Part shown: positions 38,814 through 48,011 of the stretch, piece after piece
Layout of the letters: each line of letters starts with the position of its first letter
How positions within the stretch are numbered: position 1 is the first letter of the stretch
Source of the DNA: Dehalococcoidia bacterium
GTDB lineage: Bacteria; Chloroflexota; Dehalococcoidia; SZUA-161; SpSt-899
Reading direction: 5' to 3'
Assembly: GCA_048539495.1 (NCBI GenBank)
Contig: JBLYPS010000003.1
Location: 31,486 to 95,485 of the forward strand
Length of the DNA: 64,000 bases
Translations under genes and position numbers: made by a program
The notes under the pieces: model-generated
The model's database searches: none
What the model saw: only the letters and a program-made list of their open reading frames with translations
Told to the model about the DNA's origin: nothing

Positions 38814-40097
38814 TCAAGGGCTTCTTCTCGGGTCATTTCCACTTCCGCCAGTACTAGCTGGTTTCAACAACGAGGTCAATATAATAGTTATGACACTGAT
38901 TGTTGCACAGATTAAGAAAGCTAGTTGATAGCTACCAGTCATATCAAATATACTACCAGCCACGACCGGACCAATAGCTCCCCCAATTGCAAAGCCAAAC
39001 GCAAGAATCCCCATGATTGCACCGAGTGAACTTAGTCCAAATAACTCAGCGGTTACTGGTGACTCTAGCGCTGCTATACCACCATAGGCAAACCCAAAGA
39101 TAAGGGCAAACAGATACAACATCCACACCTCTCTGGCTGCTAACAGCCACAATAAAGCAACTGATATCAGAATAAAGTTAATAATAAGAGCTGACTTATT
39201 ACCAATTCGATCACCACCGCTACCCATTGTAATCCTCCCGGCTATACTTAGCCCACCAATAATAGGTAGAATATTGGCAGCACCGGTGGCTGAAATTCCA
39301 AGCTCAGTGGCGTGGGGGACAATATGCACCATGATAATATTTAAGAATATACCGAAACAGAACATCATAGCAAAAAACATCCAGAATTGGCTCATATGAA
39401 CTGCTTCCTTAAGAGAAAACCCCCTAGCCTGTAAACCTAAACCTTTCTCCTCTAACCCATTCTCACCATATGGCAACCGCGCCATCTGACCGGGGTCACG
39501 CTTTAAAAACTGCGCTACCGGTACAAGCAATACTAAAGTTATGATACCTACAATAATATAAGAGGTTCTCCAGCCATAGCTAGCGATGAGCCAACTAGTT
39601 ATCGGGGGTATAGTCATTATGCCTACACCTATGCCAGCTACAACAATACCGGTCATTATTCCCCTTCTCTTGGCAAACCACCTAGCTACTGTAGATACCA
39701 GCGGGACGAATCCGCCACTCATCCCAATACCCATCATCACCCCATAGAACAGATATAGCTGCCAAATAGCACCAATCTGAGACATCAATAGATGGCCCAA
39801 TCCTAAAATGAAGCCACAAGCTGTCACAACAATCTTCGGACCAAACCTATCACTTAATCTCCCGGTGATAATGCTCAGAAAACCGAATAAGAGCAAACAC
39901 AATGAGAAGGCACCTGATGTGATTGCTCTAGTCCAGCCAAACTCTGCTGACAACGGCTTAAAAAAGATACCAAAGCTATAAAATGTGCCGAACATTACCA
40001 CCAAGATAAGGAAGGTAACCCCAACCACAATATAACCATAGAACAACTTAGGTTTTCTATGTCCAGCTAAGTGAAAATCACCTGTCTCCTTAATCAA
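38814..40097 (-). CDS. MFS transporter (oxalate/formate antiporter-like)
   Basis: The product has 12 predicted transmembrane segments and the 'GRLSDRFGPK' loop motif. Confidence 0.8.
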   Translation of the reverse strand: MIKETGDFHLAGHRKPKLFYGYIVVGVTFLILVVMFGTFYSFGIFFKPLSAEFGWTRAITSGAFSLCLLLFGFLSIITGRLSDRFGPKIVVTACGFILGLGHLLMSQIGAIWQLYLFYGVMMGIGMSGGFVPLVSTVARWFAKRRGIMTGIVVAGIGVGIMTIPPITSWLIASYGWRTSYIIVGIITLVLLVPVAQFLKRDPGQMARLPYGENGLEEKGLGLQARGFSLKEAVHMSQFWMFFAMMFCFGIFLNIIMVHIVPHATELGISATGAANILPIIGGLSIAGRITMGSGGDRIGNKSALIINFILISVALLWLLAAREVWMLYLFALIFGFAYGGIAALESPVTAELFGLSSLGAIMGILAFGFAIGGAIGPVVAGSIFDMTGSYQLAFLICATISVITIILTSLLKPASTGGSGNDPRRSP

Positions 40098-40253
40098 AAT
40101 AACAAAACCCCCTTCAAACTACCCATACATAGCGCGGCCTCCTGCCGCAACCAAAATATTCGCGGTGGGCATAGTTTTTTCAGAGTAATATGCGCTAAAT
40201 CTGACCTAGCCGACTTGTCTCACAGCAACAAAGACTCCCGCTTCGACTTGTCA

Positions 40254-41093
40254 TCAAGATTTAGTCTCTTCCAAAGACATGCAGGGAGCTACAAGCTTGT
40301 TAAGCATACCTTGTAACTCGTCGAGCACCTCCTCAAGAGGCAGCAATGATTCAACTTGCTGCTTCAAATCCTTTTCCCAGTAGCTCTTCAGTACCCCTGG
40401 GTCTCCCGGAAGAAAATCGCTCATAGATCGGAGGCAAAGGCCCTTATGTGCAAGCTTCTCGGCCAGCACTGCCCCCAGAAGCTCGAAGTTAAGCTGGGAA
40501 GAGTGCTCCCTTAATACTCTCCATACGTCGTAATAATCTCTGGATTTACCGCGTTCAAGCAAGCTTCGCATCTTCTCAGCAAGCAACTCTTCCAGTGGGT
40601 AGACCAGTACCTCTCGTTGCTGATCAGTAAAGGGGTCAGTTAACACTCTCCGATATTCAGGCTCAAGGCATAATGGTTCGTCAAAGCTCAAGTCCATATA
40701 AATCATACCCGGGTAGGACAAGGGGCCCAGGAACTGACTTCGGATGCGAGCATAACCATCTGTCTTATGAAGCATCTTAGTCGTAAGCTGTATCTGGGAC
40801 TCCTGTTCTACCTGGCGATACCATCCGTCAAGAGATTGCCTTAGCTCTTCTTTAGCCATGTCATGTCTCACCGTAAAGTCCAGGTCTTCCGAGTAACGCC
40901 AGTGCGAGAAATAGACTTTACGTAGGGCAGTACCTCCCTTGAATACCATCACCTCATTCAGCACTGGCACCTGTGATAGAGTTTTAAGCACCTCTGTAAG
41001 CACGTAGTCTTTTTCCAATATGCCTAAAGCTACTTTTTCGTGTTGGGCCATCCTCTGCAATTCGGCCTTGGATAACACTACTGCTCCTTCCAC
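40254..41093 (-). CDS. abiEii: AbiEii-family nucleotidyltransferase toxin (type IV toxin-antitoxin)
   Basis: The 'VFKGGTALRKVYFSHWRYSEDLDF' nucleotidyltransferase motif (DUF1814) is present. Confidence 0.75.
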   Translation of the reverse strand: MEGAVVLSKAELQRMAQHEKVALGILEKDYVLTEVLKTLSQVPVLNEVMVFKGGTALRKVYFSHWRYSEDLDFTVRHDMAKEELRQSLDGWYRQVEQESQIQLTTKMLHKTDGYARIRSQFLGPLSYPGMIYMDLSFDEPLCLEPEYRRVLTDPFTDQQREVLVYPLEELLAEKMRSLLERGKSRDYYDVWRVLREHSSQLNFELLGAVLAEKLAHKGLCLRSMSDFLPGDPGVLKSYWEKDLKQQVESLLPLEEVLDELQGMLNKLVAPCMSLEETKS

Positions 41094-41899
41094 TGTAAGA
41101 GTTCATTCTCCGAAACATTTACGATGATTTTCCATCGGTCAAGATATCTACCCTCGGTATTTGCCAGGGTATCAAGCGGGGCATATCCACTACTCATGCC
41201 ATCACGGAGAATGACAATAGCCTCATCTCTATCGGGGCTTAGCGTCTCCAGAAGGTAGCCTAACCGCTGGCTTACAGCTCTGTTTCCGCTCTTCCGTGCA
41301 TACTCAGCCAATTTCACAAAATCAAGCTCGTCGCGCCCATACCACAGTGCCTTAGCTACTTCTGCTACGCCGCCACAGTACCGTAATCGGTCAAGGCAAT
41401 CTACTATTGTTTTTTCAGGTTCGGAGATGTTAACCCCATGTTTATCCAAAATCACTTCGGTTTCTCCAAAGAATTTATGCTCAGACATATACACAAAGCG
41501 GTATGTTACTCCGGAAATCTCCAGAGCTGGCTTTGACTTGCGACGAGTTGAAGCTATGAAGACAGTCCGACTAACTTGTTCCGTATAGCCATAGTAATTG
41601 AGGGCACTGCGGAATCCAATATAGTAGGGGTTGATAAGATAGGAGGCAATTATGAATTCATGTTCAGTCCACTCACCTTCGCGTCCGGCTTCAAAGGGTA
41701 ATATGAGATATTTACCCCGCTCCATGCGTTGAAGCCAGCGTCGCTTAACCAGTCTGGATAACAGTCCGTGCAGTCCACTATTGCTAGTACCGTAGATTTT
41801 AGCAGCATCATCGAAGGTGAAAAGGCGCTTACCTTGACGGGTCAGCTCTGTCAAGAGATTGCTCCCTGTATCGCCAAGAGTTCTTATGTTTTGTGCCAT
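41078..41899 (-). CDS. abiEi: AbiEi-family antitoxin/transcriptional regulator
   Basis: The N-terminal wHTH region '...RLVKRRWLQRMERGKYLI' is typical of AbiEi. It overlaps abiEii by 16 nt. The start is probably MAQNIRTLG. Confidence 0.65.
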   Translation of the reverse strand: MAQNIRTLGDTGSNLLTELTRQGKRLFTFDDAAKIYGTSNSGLHGLLSRLVKRRWLQRMERGKYLILPFEAGREGEWTEHEFIIASYLINPYYIGFRSALNYYGYTEQVSRTVFIASTRRKSKPALEISGVTYRFVYMSEHKFFGETEVILDKHGVNISEPEKTIVDCLDRLRYCGGVAEVAKALWYGRDELDFVKLAEYARKSGNRAVSQRLGYLLETLSPDRDEAIVILRDGMSSGYAPLDTLANTEGRYLDRWKIIVNVSENELLQWKEQ

Positions 41900-42164
41900 A
41901 ATAGTTACCTCCGCCGTCATTATTATAGCACAAAACATCAACCATCATGGATGCTAAATGGGAGAAAGCTTAAACTAGCCCCTTGTCAGGGTGAACAATC
42001 CGTCATTTTGTTACCCCACCGAGTGCATTTGCTGCCTTGCAAGCCAAACGCTTTGATGCTAGAATCATTTTTGATAGTGACAGTTGCGTTAGATAGTTAG
42101 ACTAGAGGCCATTTTAAAAGTTCTACCTATTATAACCCCAACTCCAGAGGGAAGGAAGTTAAGC

Positions 42165-44621
42165 CTATTTCTTTTCCTCTCCCGGGGCATAGAATTGTTT
42201 TAACTTTGCCGCCATTTCCTTTAATTTTTGGTCCACTTTATAGTTGACCGTCCCTTCGGGATAGGTGCCGTCTTCCCCTCTCTTAGCGGCCTCAACCCCG
42301 GTAAGGATTTCGATGCCCTCATCAATGGTATTAACAGCATAGATGTGGAACTTCCCTTGCCGCACAGCTTCAACCACTTCCTGGCGCAGCATCAGGTTGC
42401 TAAGATTATGGTGCGGCATTAGTATCCCTTGGTCTGCGGTAAGCCCATTAGCCTGACAAACCTTGAAGAAACCCTCGACTTTCTCGTTTATGCCACCTAC
42501 CGGCTGGAGTTCTCCCTTCTGATTCACCGAGCCAGTAACGGCGATATTCTGTTTTATCCCCAAGCCCGATAGGCTAGAGAGCAAGGCATAGAGCTCGGCT
42601 GAAGAGGCGCTATCCCCCTCCACACCTTCATAGGACTGCTCAAAACATAGACTAGCCGACAAAGAGAGGGGATTATCCTGGGCATACTTCCAGCCCATAT
42701 AGCCACTAAGGATGAGAACGCCTTTATCATGGATTCGACCACTGAGCTGGGACTCCCTCTCAATATTAATAACGCCTCCCCGCCCCAAGAAGGTTTTGCA
42801 GGTGATGCGGGATGGCTTGCCAAAGGTGATGTCCCCCAGATTGTAGGTGCTGAGTCCATTCACTTGCCCCACTACCTCCCCTTGGGTATCTATCATGATA
42901 GTGCCCCGATTAATCAACTCCCTGATTCGCTCATCAGGCAGGTTATGGCGGAAGTGCCTTTCCTCAATGGCTCTTTCTACATGCTGTGCCGATACCACTG
43001 AAGCCCCGTCCTGGCAAGCCCAGTATTCTGCCTCCTCCACCAGCTCCTTAACCTGGGCAAACCTGGAGGATAGCTTTTCCTGGTTAGCCACCATTCGTGC
43101 CGCAAACTCGGCTACCCTGGCGACCCCAGTAGTATCGAAATGGTGTAGCTCACCTTCCTCACAACAGCCAGCAATGAAGGCTGCAAAAGCCATCAGGTTA
43201 TCCTGGCTCCTTTCCACCTGAAAGTCAAAGTCAGCCTTTACCCTAAAGGTCTCCCAGAAGTCTTCATCACGGATTGATAATAGTTGATAAAGCAGGCTAT
43301 CACCAATAAGGATTACCTTGACAGAGATAGGTATTGGTTGTGGCCTTAACCCCTGTGGTGCTATGTGGCCAAACTGTTCTAAAAGGTCTTCAATACGAGC
43401 TTCCTTAGTCTTAATCGCTCGCTTTAAGGCTTGCCAAACGCCAGGGTTGCTCAATACCTCATTGGTGCTGAGCAGGAGATAGCCCCCGTTAGCTAAGTGA
43501 AGAGCCCCCGGTTTCAACATGGTGTGGTCGCTGAGATATCCCCCCAGCAGGAAGCGCCGCTCAATCTTGCCCAACAGATTGGAGTAGGTAGGATTGGACT
43601 CGATGATTATCGGTGGTCCTTCAGTGGTGCTATTGTCAACAAAGACATTAACCTGGAAGGGGAGGAAAGGATCCCGCCAGTGCGTCGCATAGCTAATGGG
43701 GACACCCATGGCTGGGGGTGCTGGCTCCTCGCTTTCCTTGAAAATGCTTAAATTGCTCAGGGTATAGTTCTTAAGGTCGGCCAGATACTGGATAACCTTT
43801 GGCAGGTCTTTATATTCCCGCAGAAGGTAGTCCAGGAAGCGGGAAACAGTAAAATCAGCTATAGCTTTGTCGGTACTCTGTAATTTTTCCCCAGTTTGCT
43901 TCTCTATCTCATGCACCCGTTCTAGAACTGCTTTCAGCTTTTTTAGCAGGTCAGAGCGTTTTGCCTCCAATTCTTTCTGTTCTGTCTCCGCTAAAGCCAA
44001 GTAATCCGCCTGAGATAGGGGTTTCCCATCAGCCAAAGGATATAGCATTACTCCTGTGGTTGCCATCTCAAAGAGGAAACCTTGGCGTTGGGCTTCCTCA
44101 TTTATTTCTTGGAGAAGCTTCTGCTGGGCAGCGCGGCTTTCCTCTACGGTCCTTTTCCTTTGGGCTTTGTATTCTTCGCTGGAGAAGGCTTTAGCTAGCT
44201 CTTCTTTAAGCCCCAGTAAGAGGTTACTTATTTGGTCTTTGAACACTTTACCCATTCCGTGAGGCAGGTTCAGGACTTGCGGGTGGTCGGGGTCGGCATA
44301 GTTGTAGAGATAACACCAATCTTCGGGGTGATACTGTAGCTCTGTCTTTCTCTTCTCCGCCAGCTTTTTAATATAACTCTTCACCACTGAAGTCTTGCCG
44401 GTTCCGGTTAGCCCGGCGACGTAGATGTTATAGCCATCACGGTTCATGGACAGTCCAAACTCAATTGCCCGTATAGCTCGGTCTTGCCCGATAAACTCCC
44501 CCAACGGCGCCAAATCTTTAGTGGTGTTGAAGTCAAAAATAGACGGGTCGCAGTGCCAGTATAATCTATCTGCCGGAACTTCATATTTGGTGATGTCCAT
44601 AGTTCCTCCCTTCAGGGTCAT
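42165..44621 (-). CDS. Lon-like AAA+ ATP-dependent protease (LonB/BrxL-like family)
   Basis: A Walker A 'VAGLTGTGKTS', a central coiled-coil, and a C-terminal Lon S16 domain are present. The S16 domain contains a catalytic Ser in 'EGDSASSAELYALLSSL' and a Lys in 'GGINEKVEG'. Confidence 0.7.
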   Translation of the reverse strand: MTLKGGTMDITKYEVPADRLYWHCDPSIFDFNTTKDLAPLGEFIGQDRAIRAIEFGLSMNRDGYNIYVAGLTGTGKTSVVKSYIKKLAEKRKTELQYHPEDWCYLYNYADPDHPQVLNLPHGMGKVFKDQISNLLLGLKEELAKAFSSEEYKAQRKRTVEESRAAQQKLLQEINEEAQRQGFLFEMATTGVMLYPLADGKPLSQADYLALAETEQKELEAKRSDLLKKLKAVLERVHEIEKQTGEKLQSTDKAIADFTVSRFLDYLLREYKDLPKVIQYLADLKNYTLSNLSIFKESEEPAPPAMGVPISYATHWRDPFLPFQVNVFVDNSTTEGPPIIIESNPTYSNLLGKIERRFLLGGYLSDHTMLKPGALHLANGGYLLLSTNEVLSNPGVWQALKRAIKTKEARIEDLLEQFGHIAPQGLRPQPIPISVKVILIGDSLLYQLLSIRDEDFWETFRVKADFDFQVERSQDNLMAFAAFIAGCCEEGELHHFDTTGVARVAEFAARMVANQEKLSSRFAQVKELVEEAEYWACQDGASVVSAQHVERAIEERHFRHNLPDERIRELINRGTIMIDTQGEVVGQVNGLSTYNLGDITFGKPSRITCKTFLGRGGVINIERESQLSGRIHDKGVLILSGYMGWKYAQDNPLSLSASLCFEQSYEGVEGDSASSAELYALLSSLSGLGIKQNIAVTGSVNQKGELQPVGGINEKVEGFFKVCQANGLTADQGILMPHHNLSNLMLRQEVVEAVRQGKFHIYAVNTIDEGIEILTGVEAAKRGEDGTYPEGTVNYKVDQKLKEMAAKLKQFYAPGEEKK

Positions 44622-44689
44622 CCTATCTTTATTTATATACTAATTCGTTATATGGTTCAAGCTAAACATCTGTGAGGCTTTATTTACGC

Positions 44690-44889
44690 CAACCCAGACA
44701 AGCCGGAACCAACAAGGCATATTGTCGTTTAAATTCGAAATCCGAAGCACGAAATACTAAACAAATCCCAAATCCCAATGTTCAAATGTTCAAAACTGCC
44801 TCATATTTGGAATTTTGCTATTTGGATTTGTTTAGTGCTTAGAAATTAGGATTTAGGATTTTCCATTTTACGCAAGACTTTAGATTTAA
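44690..44889 (+). repeat. ~200-bp direct repeat, copy 2
   Basis: It matches 28550-28750. It lies between the mutL 3' end and the Lon-like gene's 5' end, and it may carry that gene's promoter. Confidence 0.7.
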
Positions 44890-44921
44890 GGGACTAACCT
44901 GTCTTGTTCTATTCCCGAACT

Positions 44922-46619
44922 TCAACGCCTCCCAAATTCCCGGTCTAACTGGGAAGCACTCAGATGAATCATGGTTGGCCTACCGTGCGGACAGGTGCGG
45001 GGGGACTGCGTCTGTTCTAGTTGATGCACCAGCTCCTCCATCTCCTGAAGGCTTAGAGACTGCCCTGTTGGAATCGCACCGTGGCAGGCTAAGGAAACAG
45101 CAATGCTTTCCTGCCACTCGCCTTTTTGCAGCCCTCCCAGCGAATCGAGTATCTCCGCAAGCACCCTGGTTATATCCTGCTTCCTGAGCACAGCAGGCAC
45201 CGAACGCAGTAGATATGTTCGTTCCCCAAATTGCTCCAGATAGAAGCCGCTTCCATAGAGAACCTCCTGCTGGGATTCCAGAAGTTCCTGCTGCTGCGCC
45301 GTGAGATCGATCGCCATTGGCTCGAGCAATCCTTGAACCTCTATCGCTCGACTTAGCTGTTGCTCTCGCGCCCTCTCAAAAATGACCCTCTCATGTGCTG
45401 CATGCTGCTCGATGAGGTACATGCCGTCAGGACCCTCGGCAACGATGTAGGCGTTCTGGAGCTGACCTACAACCCGCAGAATCGGCAATTGCGAGCGGGG
45501 CTCCGGGCCCTCACGCTCCTCGGTGACCAGAGAGGTCGACTTGTCGCCAGGTGGCGTGGCGAAGAGTGGTGATGTGAAAGCACTTGGTGGAAGGGGTGAT
45601 ATCCTCATGCTGGGCAGCGGCGCAGAACCAACCAGGGCATTTCTGACCGCCTTCTGCACCGCAACGAAGACATGGCGCTCATGGAGAAACTTAATCTCAT
45701 TCTTGGTGGGATGTACATTGACGTCTATCTCCTGCGGAGGTAAGGAGATGTTGATCACCACTATCGGGTGTCTGCCGGTCATCAACATCCCTTGATAGGC
45801 TTCTTGAACAGCATAAGTCAACATCCGACTCTGCACACAGCGGCGATTGACGAAGAAGCTGAGGTAGTTACGATTAGAGCGGAAGAGGGAAGAGGGGCTG
45901 ACAAAGCCATGAATGCAAAGGACTGCCCCCTCGACACCCTCATTTGCCCCCAGTTCCAACATCGCTTGCGCTGTCTCCAGACCATAAACCTCGACAAGTA
46001 CGTCTCTCAGGCTGCCGTTGCCTGGCGAACGAAAACTGGTTCGACCATTGATGATGAGATTGAATTTCACTTCCGGGAAAGCCAAGCTGAACTGGGTCAC
46101 CAGATGGCTGATATGGCCATTCTCGGTAGAGGGTGATTTCAGAAACTTGAGGCGAGCCGGGACATTGCGGAACAGGTCTCGAATGGTGACAGTGGTTCCC
46201 CGGGGACACCCTTGCTTACCCTTGCTGGTGATAGCTCCATTCTTCAGCTTGATAGCCGTACCGACGACATCATCCCGATATCGGGTGACCATCGACACCT
46301 CGGCGACGGCGGCAATCGAGGGCAGAGCCTCCCCACGGAAGCCGAGGGTCGAGACGGCCTCAAGGTCAATCTCCGAGGTGATCTTTCCGGTGGCGTGCCT
46401 CTCGAAGGCAAGCTCCACTTCATCAGCAGGAATGCCCACCCCATTATCGGTTACGCGGATGATATCTATCCCACCCCCGCTGGCCTCCACGGTGATCTGG
46501 GTGGCCCCGGCATCCAGTGAGTTTTCCACTAGTTCCTTCACCACTGAGGCCGGCCTTTCGACTATCTCACCGGCAGCAATCTTGGAGATGACATCGGGGC
46601 AGAGAACTTTGATCGACAT
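44922..46619 (-). CDS. mutL: DNA mismatch repair protein MutL
   Basis: A GHKL ATPase N-terminus 'IAAGEIVERPASVVKELVENSLDAG' and a C-terminal dimerization domain are present. Confidence 0.9.
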   Translation of the reverse strand: MSIKVLCPDVISKIAAGEIVERPASVVKELVENSLDAGATQITVEASGGGIDIIRVTDNGVGIPADEVELAFERHATGKITSEIDLEAVSTLGFRGEALPSIAAVAEVSMVTRYRDDVVGTAIKLKNGAITSKGKQGCPRGTTVTIRDLFRNVPARLKFLKSPSTENGHISHLVTQFSLAFPEVKFNLIINGRTSFRSPGNGSLRDVLVEVYGLETAQAMLELGANEGVEGAVLCIHGFVSPSSLFRSNRNYLSFFVNRRCVQSRMLTYAVQEAYQGMLMTGRHPIVVINISLPPQEIDVNVHPTKNEIKFLHERHVFVAVQKAVRNALVGSAPLPSMRISPLPPSAFTSPLFATPPGDKSTSLVTEEREGPEPRSQLPILRVVGQLQNAYIVAEGPDGMYLIEQHAAHERVIFERAREQQLSRAIEVQGLLEPMAIDLTAQQQELLESQQEVLYGSGFYLEQFGERTYLLRSVPAVLRKQDITRVLAEILDSLGGLQKGEWQESIAVSLACHGAIPTGQSLSLQEMEELVHQLEQTQSPRTCPHGRPTMIHLSASQLDREFGRR

Positions 46620-46853
46620 TGTCCCACCTCGAAGACTATTGTACCAGATTGCCCTGCCGCTCTACAAAGCAGGCTGGACAAATCCAACGTTTTCTGCTAA
46701 TATCATTGAGGGTAACTACTAAGACTCAAAGTTCCAAGGTTCACGGTTCAAGGTTAGAGAGCGATGAAGATTGAAATATGGAGAGCGCAAAGCAGACAAT
46801 CGTGAACCCGACAGCCTAAAATAGTTATTGGGTAAGAACAATGACCACGACAC

Positions 46854-46882
46854 TTGACAATGCCGGCTAGAAATGCTTTAAT
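46854..46882 (+). promoter_or_regulatory. Putative sigma70 promoter of the str operon (TTGACA-17-TTTAAT)
   Basis: 'ttgaca' at 46854-46859 and 'tttaat' at 46877-46882 sit about 45 nt upstream of the rpsL ATG. Confidence 0.45.
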
Positions 46883-46926
46883 AGAAAGTTGTTGCCCATT
46901 AGTGGTGCGAGAAGGAGGAAAAGGCT

Positions 46927-47349
46927 TTGCCGACCGTAAGTCAGTTGGTGCGTAAGGGGCGCCGGGAAATAAAAAAGAAGTCAAAGGTACCAGCTTTGCG
47001 GGTTTCCTATAGCTCCCTGAAGGGCAGGGTGACGCGGGGTAAGGGATCCCCACAAAAGCGCGGGGTGTGCGTTCAGGTTAAAACGGTAACGCCCAAGAAG
47101 CCCAATTCGGCACTGCGCAAGGTAGCGCGGGTTCGACTGACCAATGGTATAGAGGTGACGGCCTACATCCCCGGTGAAGGACATAACCTGCAGGAACACT
47201 CGGTAGTGCTGATTCGCGGGGGACGGGTGAAGGACTTACCCGGTGTCCGCTACCATATTGTTCGTGGCACCCTGGATACCGAAGGCGTGGTTGATCGGAA
47301 GAGTAGCCGGAGCAAGTACGGGGCAAAAAAACCTAAGGCTCGAAGCTAG
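46927..47349 (+). CDS. rpsL: 30S ribosomal protein S12
   Basis: '[11 protein letters not shown]...[11 protein letters not shown]' matches S12. Confidence 0.95.
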   Translation: MPTVSQLVRKGRREIKKKSKVPALRVSYSSLKGRVTRGKGSPQKRGVCVQVKTVTPKKPNSALRKVARVRLTNGIEVTAYIPGEGHNLQEHSVVLIRGGRVKDLPGVRYHIVRGTLDTEGVVDRKSSRSKYGAKKPKARS

Positions 47350-47413
47350 GTCCAACGGTTCAAGGTTCAACGGTTCAACAGTTACAAGTCCCAACCGTGA
47401 ACCATGAACCGTC
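47350..47413. repeat. Family D palindromic repeat (GGTTCAA-type units vs GAACCGT)
   Basis: The sequence is 'ggtccaacggttcaaggttcaacggttcaacagttacaagtcccaaccgtgaaccatgaaccgtc'. It lies between rpsL and rpsG. Confidence 0.55.
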
Positions 47414-47462
47414 TTTATGATAGAAGCGGTTGAAATTAAGTTTTCGGATAGGGTACAGAAAA

Positions 47463-47933
47463 ATGCCAAGACGAGGTAAAGTAGTCAAGAGAATAGCACC
47501 GCCGGATGTGAGATATCACAGCGAGAAGATAACCCGGCTTGTCAATCGGATCATGATCGATGGCAAGAAGAGCAAGGCCGAGCGGATTGTCTACACGGCA
47601 CTGGACATAATAAAGGAGCGAGTCGAGAGGGATCCTCTGGAGGTCTTCGAGGAGGCGATCAAGAATACCACACCGCTCCTGGCAGTTAAGCCGCGCCGCA
47701 TCGGGGGAGCCACCTATCAGGTTCCGGTTGAGGTACCTCCGGAGCGAGGTCTGTTTCTCGCGATGCGCTGGCTGGTGACCACCGCCAGGGCACATAAAGG
47801 CAAGCCAATGGCAGAGAGGCTGGCAGCGGAGATAATGGATGCCTCTCGCAGTGAGGGCATCACTGTTAAGAAGCGTATAGATACCCACAAGATGGCGGAG
47901 GCGAACCGGGCTTTTGCTCACTATCGATGGTAA
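47463..47933 (+). CDS. rpsG: 30S ribosomal protein S7
   Basis: '[10 protein letters not shown]...' matches S7. The start is at the internal ATG of the predicted ORF. Confidence 0.95.
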   Translation: MPRRGKVVKRIAPPDVRYHSEKITRLVNRIMIDGKKSKAERIVYTALDIIKERVERDPLEVFEEAIKNTTPLLAVKPRRIGGATYQVPVEVPPERGLFLAMRWLVTTARAHKGKPMAERLAAEIMDASRSEGITVKKRIDTHKMAEANRAFAHYRW

Positions 47934-48011
47934 CGAGTATTGAGTATCGAGGAGGGGAGAGGGGGGAGGTGGGTGGCCTCAGAACTCAGAACTCGAAACA
48001 CTGAGGAAGGA

